Shown here piece by piece: positions 36,841-45,099 of a DNA stretch of 64,000 bases. The notes below the pieces were generated by a model. The model was given only the letters and a program-made list of their open reading frames with translations. It did not search any database and was not told the DNA's origin. Origin of the DNA: an uncultured virus (IMG/VR IMGVR_UViG_3300021365_000007) (Duplodnaviria > Heunggongvirae > Uroviricota > Caudoviricetes); the IMG/VR virus record IMGVR_UViG_3300021365_000007; one strand, 5' to 3'. The translations under genes and the position numbers were made by a program. How positions within the stretch are numbered: position 1 is the first letter of the stretch; every line of letters begins with the position of its first letter.

Positions 36841-37980
36841 ATGACGATTAGTGAAATAAAGAGTTTTTTAGAAAGTAAGCCCGGATATTTAAAAAAGAGC
36901 GCAGAGGTGCTTTCCGGGCGATTAGAGTGTGATATTGAACTTTGTGAAACAGCACTCTATGAAATGAGACGAACGGCTAAGGAACAGCCTGATGACAATG
37001 CCAACAACAACGACAGTGTTATTAACGAGTTCCAAGAGTTCCTTGATAAAAATGGTATCAATCCTACAGACGTTTCAAGCGTTAAGTTCTGGCAAACAGT
37101 GTCAGGTAAACAAAGATTCTCAGTAGTTACAAAGAACGAATCCAAAACTATGGATGAGTTTAAAAAGGAGATTGAAGATTTTGCTTTAAGTTTTTCACCT
37201 ACGGTAAAAGAATACGAAGCTAAAATTAATATAGATCCTGTAGCGTACGAAATATCATTACCAGACATCCACTATGGCAAATTGCATAATTATACTTTAG
37301 ATGAAGTTGAAGATCAATTTATGGATGCTGTAGTAGATCTAGTTCGTAAAGCTGAAGGTCTAAACATTGAAAAGTTTATTCTACCTATCGGTAATGATGG
37401 AATGAATTCAGAGGGCATGCGTATGGCTACAACTAAAGGAACTCCACAGCAAGATAATGCTGGGTGGAAAGCAACCTTTACAGGTTACTGGAATCTTATG
37501 GTTATAGCGATCAACTACTTAAAAGAAATTGCCCCCGTTCATGTTATTGTGATTTCAGGTAATCATGATTTTGAACGAATGTTTTATGCTGGAGATGTAA
37601 TCTCTGGTTGGTTTAGGAATGATACTAATGTCACAGTTGATAATACTTCTAACTCTAGAAAGTACTATGAGTATGGGAATAACATGTTAATGTTTACCCA
37701 TGGTGACAAGGAGAAACCTGCTGATATGCCATTAATTATGGCTACTGAAGAACCCGAAATGTTTGCACGTACTACAAGCCGAGAAGTACACTGTGGGCAT
37801 CTTCATAAAGAAATGGTGAATGAGTACAGAGGTATCAAGGTTAGGTTCTTACCATCTATTTGTCCTAACGATGAATGGCACAAGCAGATGGGGTATGAGG
37901 CTAAACGAACAGGGCAGGCATATATATGGAATAAGCAAAGAGGACTTGAAGGATATTTACAAACAAATGTTAGAGTTTGA
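36841..37980 (+). CDS. Calcineurin-like metallophosphoesterase
   Basis: DIH, GND, GNHD, HGD and GHLH motifs. Confidence 0.85.
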   Translation: MTISEIKSFLESKPGYLKKSAEVLSGRLECDIELCETALYEMRRTAKEQPDDNANNNDSVINEFQEFLDKNGINPTDVSSVKFWQTVSGKQRFSVVTKNESKTMDEFKKEIEDFALSFSPTVKEYEAKINIDPVAYEISLPDIHYGKLHNYTLDEVEDQFMDAVVDLVRKAEGLNIEKFILPIGNDGMNSEGMRMATTKGTPQQDNAGWKATFTGYWNLMVIAINYLKEIAPVHVIVISGNHDFERMFYAGDVISGWFRNDTNVTVDNTSNSRKYYEYGNNMLMFTHGDKEKPADMPLIMATEEPEMFARTTSREVHCGHLHKEMVNEYRGIKVRFLPSICPNDEWHKQMGYEAKRTGQAYIWNKQRGLEGYLQTNVRV

Positions 37981-38266
37981 CGACATAGATGATGAAGACT
38001 ACACTTCTTCAGTAGAAGAAGAAATAGAAATCTTAGACGAAGCATACAGAAATGCATATGCTATCGCTACGGGCAAATTATCTGTACGTGAACTTTTAAA
38101 CAAAAGTCCGGACATGATCTTTTTGCCCTTTGATCCTTCCAAACCAGACACGTTTAAGTTAATAGTTGATGACATAATCAGATACTTCGAAGATAACGAA
38201 GAGTACGAAAAATGTGCCGAGTTAGTTCTTGCGATTGAAAAAGAAAAAATAGATGACCCTAGATGA
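37967..38266 (+). CDS. Acidic protein with a C-terminal UVR-like motif
   Basis: YFEDNEEYEKCAEL; likely start MLEFDD at 37967. Confidence 0.65.
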   Translation: MLEFDDIDDEDYTSSVEEEIEILDEAYRNAYAIATGKLSVRELLNKSPDMIFLPFDPSKPDTFKLIVDDIIRYFEDNEEYEKCAELVLAIEKEKIDDPR

Positions 38267-38921
38267 AATTGCATATAACATTCTAAACCTACTAAGGGGA
38301 GGAAGATCTAGTAATGATGAACTTATATCTGTGGAACAGATTAAGTTTAACATTAAACATTATCGTGCTATGTTTATACGTAGAGACTATGCTAGAAATG
38401 GCTATGTCTCTAATCATTTAGAACAAGATTTAGGATGTCTTGAATTAGAACAAGTAGACGCAAGTAGATGCTGTAATCTTCCTCAAAATTGTCCAGTATA
38501 TCGAACAAAAGAAAAACCACCTAAAACCGTAAGGTTTAATTTTACTGATGCTTTTACTTTTATTGGTAAGCCTAACGGTACAGGTACAATACCTAAAGTA
38601 GAGTCTTACGAGATAGAACTTTTACCTTACGATAAATTTACTTCTGGGCACAGTAAATATTATATTATTGATGACTATATTTACGTATACAATCCTAAAG
38701 GATTAGAAGCTATAAATGTTCGTGGTGTATTTGAAGATCCAGAAGATGTAGCAAACTTTTCTACATGTAAAGACGGAGAATGTTATGACGACCAATCCCC
38801 ATTTCCATTGCCAATGGATATGGTTAGCACAATTACTGCAGGGATGGCTGCAGGAGAACTGGCACTTTTAGTTGGGGGTATTAATGATACCACCAATGAT
38901 CGACAACAAGATAAACAATAA
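38253..38921 (+). CDS. Tail ring protein
   Basis: MTLDEIAYNI, QDLGCLELEQVD and RGVFEDP motifs typical of crAss ring proteins. Confidence 0.7.
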   Translation: MTLDEIAYNILNLLRGGRSSNDELISVEQIKFNIKHYRAMFIRRDYARNGYVSNHLEQDLGCLELEQVDASRCCNLPQNCPVYRTKEKPPKTVRFNFTDAFTFIGKPNGTGTIPKVESYEIELLPYDKFTSGHSKYYIIDDYIYVYNPKGLEAINVRGVFEDPEDVANFSTCKDGECYDDQSPFPLPMDMVSTITAGMAAGELALLVGGINDTTNDRQQDKQ

Positions 38922-38926
38922 TTAAA

Positions 38927-39268
38927 ATGGGATTAAATACAACAACCGATAGATTGTTAGATAAGTTAACAAAAGCTCACGAGGATATGATTGCACCTCA
39001 CAATACAGTGTACCTTACAGGAACAAAAGCTTTTACAGGACCTTTTTATGCAATTACAGCTTTAACAGAAACTGTAATTGATGCAAGTGAAGGTGACACT
39101 AACATTGTAGAAAGTGATGATTCAGGGTCAATGCAAAATTTATCAGGAACTTTAACAATTCCTGCAGGCGTTACTATTTATGGTAATTTTGGAGTTGTTG
39201 AACTAGATAGTGGAACTGCAGTAGGTTATGCAAAACGTGGAGTAACAGTAGCAGTAGCAGGATCGTAA
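38927..39268 (+). CDS. Small virion-module beta protein
   Basis: TIPAGVTIYGNF..VELDSG. Confidence 0.65.
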   Translation: MGLNTTTDRLLDKLTKAHEDMIAPHNTVYLTGTKAFTGPFYAITALTETVIDASEGDTNIVESDDSGSMQNLSGTLTIPAGVTIYGNFGVVELDSGTAVGYAKRGVTVAVAGS

Positions 39269-40095
39269 TGTTAGGATTAGGACTTGGAGCAGGAAAATTA
39301 AGTTATGTACCCGTAGCAGGAGCAGGGTACACAAACGCACAATCAATTGACCTTGATGGTACAGGTGATTATGTAGAAACAAATTATACTGCAGCAGCTT
39401 TACAAACTTTGATACGTGGTAATTTTAGTGTTTCTATGTGGATAAGAGCTCCTTATAATGCTAGTTTTCATTTGTTTGGATATGACGATACAGGTAGTAG
39501 TGTTGCGGGAAGGTTCGAAGTAAACTATTTATACTTTGGTGCACTTGATGCTTTTCAAGCTACTGGTAAATCAAGTAATCAAAATTGGAGTACTATAACT
39601 TCTGTTAACCCAACTGCAACAAACACTCCAAACGCCTGGATACATGTAGCATATACAGTAATAAAAGGACCAGACAACTCCACTAACGGTACACATAATA
39701 TATATATAAATGGATCGTTATTAGCATCTGCTGCTACGCAGACGAAAAACTATTTTGAAGCTACTGAAGTAAGTACTAGTGGGGTCGCACGAGGGCTTGC
39801 TATTGGAGCAAAAAATACTAATGGTACTGTAGGTCAACATATGACTGGGCAAATAGATGAAGTTGGTATATTTGGTGTTGCTTTAGATGCAGACGCTGTA
39901 GCAGCTATATATAATTCAGGAGTACCATTTGATCTTACAGAAAATAATGGTAATTATGATACTTCTCTTAAATTAGCTCGTTATTATAGATTTGAAGGCA
40001 CAGATCAAACTGCGCTACAATTAGATAGAGGTAAAAATGAAGTAAATATAACGCTAGAGGGAAATCCAACAGCTAGTAGTGAAGTACCAAGTTAA
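39268..40095 (+). CDS. LamG/concanavalin-A-like lectin-domain protein
   Basis: LDGTGDYV, FSVSMW, WIHVAY, GQIDEVGIF, IYNSG motifs. Confidence 0.8.
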   Translation: MLGLGLGAGKLSYVPVAGAGYTNAQSIDLDGTGDYVETNYTAAALQTLIRGNFSVSMWIRAPYNASFHLFGYDDTGSSVAGRFEVNYLYFGALDAFQATGKSSNQNWSTITSVNPTATNTPNAWIHVAYTVIKGPDNSTNGTHNIYINGSLLASAATQTKNYFEATEVSTSGVARGLAIGAKNTNGTVGQHMTGQIDEVGIFGVALDADAVAAIYNSGVPFDLTENNGNYDTSLKLARYYRFEGTDQTALQLDRGKNEVNITLEGNPTASSEVPS

Positions 40096-40100
40096 TAGAT

Positions 40101-40328
40101 ATGGGCTGGACAATAATAAATAAATCAGAAACAGAGTCGTTAGACTTCTCTCAACTACCGTTTACTAACGCAAATAAACTTAGGCATTCTTTAGATGGAT
40201 CTAAAGTTGTTGTCAAATACATTGGAGATAAACCTTCATTCCTTGATGGGACAACTGATTATACATACGAAGAGATAAGTACTATCCTTAAAGGAGACGA
40301 CTGGTCTAATAATGAAGATCCTAGGTAA
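40101..40328 (+). CDS. Small hypothetical protein following the LamG gene
   Basis: LRHSLDGSKVVVKY..PSFL. Confidence 0.7.
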   Translation: MGWTIINKSETESLDFSQLPFTNANKLRHSLDGSKVVVKYIGDKPSFLDGTTDYTYEEISTILKGDDWSNNEDPR

Positions 40329-40840
40329 TGGCAGTAAGGAAAACAGCAAAAGGATTAGCTCTTAAACGATGGTTTAAAGAAGACTGGAGAACTCCTAAAG
40401 GAAAGAAAGGATACAGTGGTTCTGACAAAACATTTAGACCTACTAAAAAAGTATCCTCTAAAACTCCTTCAACATGGTCAGAGTTAAGCGATTCCGAAAA
40501 AGCAACAGCTGCAAAAGAAAAACGAACTAAAGGAAGAGTTAGTAGATATAAAAAGAAAATGGGAGGAACTAAATCACCAGCGTGGACACGTAAAGCAGGA
40601 AAGAATCCTTCAGGTGGACTTAACCGAAAAGGAATTGCATCTTATAGAAGAGCAAATCCAGGAAGTAAACTGTCTATGGCAGTTACTGAAAAGAACCCTA
40701 CAGGTAAGAAAAAATCTAGACGTAAATCATTCTGCTCACGTATGTGCGGCATGAAATCAAAAAGAACTGGAGCAGAGGGAAAGAGAGATCCCAACTCACG
40801 TATTAATAAAGCACTTAGAAAATGGAGATGCAGATGTTAA
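40328..40840 (+). CDS. Basic two-module protein (DUF5872-like plus DUF6321-like) joined at KKKMGG
   Basis: LKRWFKEDW..RPTKKVSSKTP module, then PAWTRKAGKNPSGGLN..RRKSFCSRM..KALRKW module; family names recalled, not searched. Confidence 0.65.
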   Translation: MAVRKTAKGLALKRWFKEDWRTPKGKKGYSGSDKTFRPTKKVSSKTPSTWSELSDSEKATAAKEKRTKGRVSRYKKKMGGTKSPAWTRKAGKNPSGGLNRKGIASYRRANPGSKLSMAVTEKNPTGKKKSRRKSFCSRMCGMKSKRTGAEGKRDPNSRINKALRKWRCRC

Positions 40841-42975
40841 AAAATTTACTTACATTATTTCTTATAAGTTTAGCAAGTACTATATGTGCACAAGATAGTT
40901 GGGTTAATGTAGTTGTGCAAACAGATCAGTATGGAGGTGAGACTGCTTGGGAGATATACCAAGACAGTCAGTTAATGGCCGTCTCTCCACCCTATCAAGG
41001 TAACTCGTATTATGAGACTGTAGTTGAACTACCTGCTGGGCAGTATAACTTAGTTGTATACGACACTTTTGGTGATGGTATCTGCTGTGCTTTTGGAACT
41101 GGTTACTTTGGGGTAACGAACTCTTGTGGATTAGACACATTTGTATATGACTTTAGCACTCCACAGGCCACTGTATTTTTTGAGTTAACTGAATGTGAAC
41201 GACCTGTATACGGGTGTTTACAACCTAACGCTTTAAACTACAATCCATGGGCTAATACCCCAACACCATGTAACTTTCCACCAGTACCGTGTGGGGAAGG
41301 TCAAACAAACATACTGTCGTTTTTTACTCCTGATAGTTATCCAACAGAAACAAGTTGGGAGATTACAGTTAACGGTGACTCACTAACATCTGGTGGTGGT
41401 GGTACAACGGGTATAACTGAACCTGTTTATCACTGCGTCAACGAAGGTGATACGGTTGTTGCTAGTATATACGATATATACGGAGACGGTATGTGTGGTA
41501 CTTGTTGGGGTGGAGTTGATGGATTCTTTCACGTAACAACTTTGTGTGGTGATAATATATTTATGGCGGGTGGTGGTATTGAGTTTGATACACTATACTC
41601 AGAACCTTATATAGTACCATCTTGTACACCTCCGTTTTTACCAGGGTGCACTAACGAGCTATTTGTAGAATATAATCCTAACGCTCAAATAAATGATGGA
41701 AGTTGTATTACTGAAATCGCTCTAGGGTGTATACAAGAAGATGCTTTAAACTACGATCCGCTAGCTAATACAATGGAGACTGAAAATGCTTGTAGTTATG
41801 ACCTTGTTATAACAGATGGTGGAGCTGACGGTTGGTTTGGGAGTTGGTTAGGTTTTACACAAGGTGACAGTCTATATGGTCCATATCAAATGGGCCCTAA
41901 CGATGGGCATGAAGAAGTATTTGAGGTTAACTTAAACTCTCATGAAGAAGTTAAGGTTTATTTTTTCACAAGTGGCAACGCTGAAACTACAGCAGCTCAG
42001 TGCGGGTTTAGACTAGAAGGCCCTAATGGTGTTATAGCTCAGAGCGGAACAAATCCTTGGACTGACAAGTTAAAGAAGTTTCCATTCTTTTACAGCGCTA
42101 TACCTACGTGTTCAAACTACTGCATATCACCTGTGATAGGTTGTGTTGATACTGAAGCTTGTAACTTTAATAGCTTAGCAAATGTAAATCACGGATGTAT
42201 TTATTCTATAGAATACTACGACTGTGACAACTTATGTAACAGTGACATGGATAACGACGGTGTGTGTGATGAGCTTGAGATAGTTGGTTGCATGGATCAA
42301 ACCGCTTTTAATTATAATGAGTTAGCTACAGATCCAGCTGACTGTGAACCACTAATATTCGGATGTACAGATGCCACGCAATATAACTATAACCCAGAAG
42401 CTAACACAGAAAACGGTAGCTGTATTCCTTACATTGACGGTTGTACTGATAGCACTGCCTTTAATTATGATCCGTTGGCTACTGCTGACAACGGCTCGTG
42501 TATTGAAATCGTGGAAGGGTGTGCAGATATTGAAGCGGTAAATTATAATTCTCTAGTAAATATTCCTAACAATAATGTATGTCTATATGATGCAGGATGC
42601 ATTACAGGACCAGGAGAACCATATTACTTAAACGATTCATGCTATGCTTGGATTATAAATATTGACTCATACTGCTGTGAAGTAGGATGGGATGCAGCTT
42701 GCATAAATTTATATGAGTACTGTGAACAAGGTTGGCCTACAGGAGTACCAGAGATTAACACAGGTATTACTCTGTACCCAAACCCTACAAGTACTATACT
42801 AAATATACAAACTTCTTTAGACGTAGTCACAGAGATATATAACGCACAAGGCCAACTTGTAGTCTCTGGAACTACAAAAAAAAGAATAGATCTTATGGGA
42901 CTCTCTAAAGGTCTATATCAAGTTGTTATAGATTACAACGGTAGAAAAATTAATAAAAAGATAACTAAGCTATGA
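40834..42975 (+). CDS. Secreted Cys-repeat protein with a type IX secretion (type A) C-terminal sorting domain
   Basis: Signal peptide ending ICA-Q; eight GCxxxxAxNY-type repeats; C-terminal LYPNPT..IYNAQGQLV..IDLMGLSKGLY..KKITKL. Confidence 0.88.
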   Translation: MLKNLLTLFLISLASTICAQDSWVNVVVQTDQYGGETAWEIYQDSQLMAVSPPYQGNSYYETVVELPAGQYNLVVYDTFGDGICCAFGTGYFGVTNSCGLDTFVYDFSTPQATVFFELTECERPVYGCLQPNALNYNPWANTPTPCNFPPVPCGEGQTNILSFFTPDSYPTETSWEITVNGDSLTSGGGGTTGITEPVYHCVNEGDTVVASIYDIYGDGMCGTCWGGVDGFFHVTTLCGDNIFMAGGGIEFDTLYSEPYIVPSCTPPFLPGCTNELFVEYNPNAQINDGSCITEIALGCIQEDALNYDPLANTMETENACSYDLVITDGGADGWFGSWLGFTQGDSLYGPYQMGPNDGHEEVFEVNLNSHEEVKVYFFTSGNAETTAAQCGFRLEGPNGVIAQSGTNPWTDKLKKFPFFYSAIPTCSNYCISPVIGCVDTEACNFNSLANVNHGCIYSIEYYDCDNLCNSDMDNDGVCDELEIVGCMDQTAFNYNELATDPADCEPLIFGCTDATQYNYNPEANTENGSCIPYIDGCTDSTAFNYDPLATADNGSCIEIVEGCADIEAVNYNSLVNIPNNNVCLYDAGCITGPGEPYYLNDSCYAWIINIDSYCCEVGWDAACINLYEYCEQGWPTGVPEINTGITLYPNPTSTILNIQTSLDVVTEIYNAQGQLVVSGTTKKRIDLMGLSKGLYQVVIDYNGRKINKKITKL

Positions 42976-44015
42976 AACATGTTCTAATTATGTTGTCTGT
43001 TTTTCTACTTGCGTCTGTTACGGCTAGTGGGCAAACACTTAAAAAAACATTTAAGTTTGCTACATTCTATACAGCGTTTAGCGGGGGTAATTCTATTTCA
43101 GATAATAATATTTATTCTGTATCTAATGGGCTGCAGACTAACGTAGTATCAACACCTTTTGATTATTCACTTACAGCAGGTGTACGTAAAATAGCTAGGT
43201 TTGGATATGAGAACAGAGCTAATACATTTTACAACGGAACAGAGAAATCATACAGTGATGCTGCTACTGTTGGTAAAGTAAAAGGCTTTGAGTTTCTTTT
43301 TGAGGCTGACTGGCGTAGACAGCAAGGAACAAACTTCTTAGATCAAAATCACTTTCTTAGATATGTAGCTAAAGACTGGATAGCTAAAGTTGAATACGTA
43401 CAAGATGGATTTGCTGATGTAAGTTACTTTGAAGGATCTCAACGATATAGACTTAATGTAAATAAACGTCTTAGTTTTAACATAGGTGCAGCACAACGTA
43501 TTTCTGAGCCTTACGGTTATGATGCTCTCGAAGAGTGGATGTTATCTAATGGAAACTTACATTACACCACCCTTGCTATACAAGAAGGATATAGTATAGA
43601 TGTAGCTGCTAACGAATATTACAATCCAGAAGGATCTTTAGTTGCTACAAGTGCAGATGTATGGGAGCAAGTTGTTGTCCCTGAAGTTCTAAATGATTAT
43701 GTGTCACGTAAAAGAAACGAACTTCCTAGTCAATGGAACTATTCTTTAGTCATTGGATATGACTACTACAAATTTGATAAAGATTTTTGGATACACAGTT
43801 GGGCCAGTGTAATGCCTTATCATTTTTCAACAGGCGGTGAATACTCTTATTTTGAAACAACTAATGGGGATCAGTGGGTAGATTACGCTGGAGGTCTTAT
43901 ATTTGGTTGGAGACTTAATAAAAGTCTTGGGATTTTTTTAGAAGGCAAATATAATAAATATTGGAACAGAGAGTGGCATGACTTTTCTGTGGGACTTAAT
44001 TACGTAATACGATAA
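42972..44015 (+). CDS. Putative outer-membrane beta-barrel protein
   Basis: Signal peptide ending ASG-Q; aromatic-rich alternating strands; terminal strand DFSVGLNYVIR. Confidence 0.7.
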   Translation: MKHVLIMLSVFLLASVTASGQTLKKTFKFATFYTAFSGGNSISDNNIYSVSNGLQTNVVSTPFDYSLTAGVRKIARFGYENRANTFYNGTEKSYSDAATVGKVKGFEFLFEADWRRQQGTNFLDQNHFLRYVAKDWIAKVEYVQDGFADVSYFEGSQRYRLNVNKRLSFNIGAAQRISEPYGYDALEEWMLSNGNLHYTTLAIQEGYSIDVAANEYYNPEGSLVATSADVWEQVVVPEVLNDYVSRKRNELPSQWNYSLVIGYDYYKFDKDFWIHSWASVMPYHFSTGGEYSYFETTNGDQWVDYAGGLIFGWRLNKSLGIFLEGKYNKYWNREWHDFSVGLNYVIR

Positions 44016-44016
44016 A

Positions 44017-44301
44017 ATGGCACAACAAATAGGGGAAAATACTAAAGTAACATTAGACCTAAAAACAATAGGGATGGGAGTTGTTGGGTTAGCAGCTTTA
44101 ATAGGCATGTGGTTTGCGTTACAAGCTGATATAGCTTTAGCAAAAGAATTGCCTGAGCCACTACCTCCTGAAATATCTCGCATGGAGTTTGACATGAAAG
44201 ATCAACTTGTAAGGCAAACAATTATGACAACCCAAGAAGACGTAACTGAATTAAAAGAAGATCTTGACCGAATAGAAGAAAAAATAGATAAATTAAAATG
44301 A
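44017..44301 (+). CDS. Single-TM protein with C-terminal coiled coil
   Basis: TM segment IGMGVVGLAALIGMWFAL; heptads VTELKEDLDRIEEKIDKL. Confidence 0.75.
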   Translation: MAQQIGENTKVTLDLKTIGMGVVGLAALIGMWFALQADIALAKELPEPLPPEISRMEFDMKDQLVRQTIMTTQEDVTELKEDLDRIEEKIDKLK

Positions 44302-44307
44302 TGAGAT

Positions 44308-44676
44308 ATGAAATCAATCCTTGCAATCCTTGCATCATTAGTATTATTTTCGGCAACTGTTTATGTAACAGCTGTTCCGGAAGTAATTAGTATACCTGAG
44401 TCAGGTGTTTGTGTTGTAGAATTTAATGCTAGCTTTAACTCTGGAAACAGTGTAGGCTGGTTAGACAACTTAAACGACTGTAAAGGTAAACGAATAGATA
44501 TAGCAACAGATCCTTCTATGCAAAAAGAGCATAAGATCGTTGTAGTACCCACCATTATAGTATTTAATGAGGGGGAAGAAATAGAACGTTTTCAAGCTAA
44601 CATTATGATGCAGCTTGAAGCCACAGAAAAAGATGTACAAGAAGTAATAGATGAGATACTTATGAGCTCCTTCTAA
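44308..44676 (+). CDS. Exported thioredoxin-fold protein lacking CxxC
   Basis: Signal/anchor; VVEFNASFN where VVDFWAxWC is expected; IVVVPTIIVFNEGEEIERF cis-Pro strand. Confidence 0.75.
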   Translation: MKSILAILASLVLFSATVYVTAVPEVISIPESGVCVVEFNASFNSGNSVGWLDNLNDCKGKRIDIATDPSMQKEHKIVVVPTIIVFNEGEEIERFQANIMMQLEATEKDVQEVIDEILMSSF

Positions 44677-44719
44677 TCACTATCTTTATAAAATATATAA
44701 CTACTAAATAAGACCTAAA

Positions 44720-45088
44720 ATGGCAACTCTAAAAACAACACTGACTCTGACGTCAACCGACGTTTCATCAAACAGACTTAACATATCTGTATCTGATGTT
44801 CTTACAACTGCGGCAGCAGGACCCTCAAAGGGACTCTCAAGAGAAACAATAACAACCTCTGACAACCAAGAAATTTTGGATGAGGCAGTTAGCGGAGTAT
44901 TTTATTTCTACGCAAAAAATCTAGACTCTACTAACTTTATCATTCTTCAAACCACTGCTAGTGTACAGTATGCTAGACTTGGTCCAGGAGAATTTGCATT
45001 CTTCCCTGTAAACGATGGGGCGGGGGTAGAAGCAAGAGCTGATACATCTTCTTGTATCATAGAGTATGGATACTGGAAAAAAGCATAA
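44720..45088 (+). CDS. Small beta-sandwich protein (paralogue of 35987-36388)
   Basis: FYAKNLD...RLGPGEFAFFPV. Confidence 0.7.
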   Translation: MATLKTTLTLTSTDVSSNRLNISVSDVLTTAAAGPSKGLSRETITTSDNQEILDEAVSGVFYFYAKNLDSTNFIILQTTASVQYARLGPGEFAFFPVNDGAGVEARADTSSCIIEYGYWKKA

Positions 45089-45099
45089 TCTATAGTATT

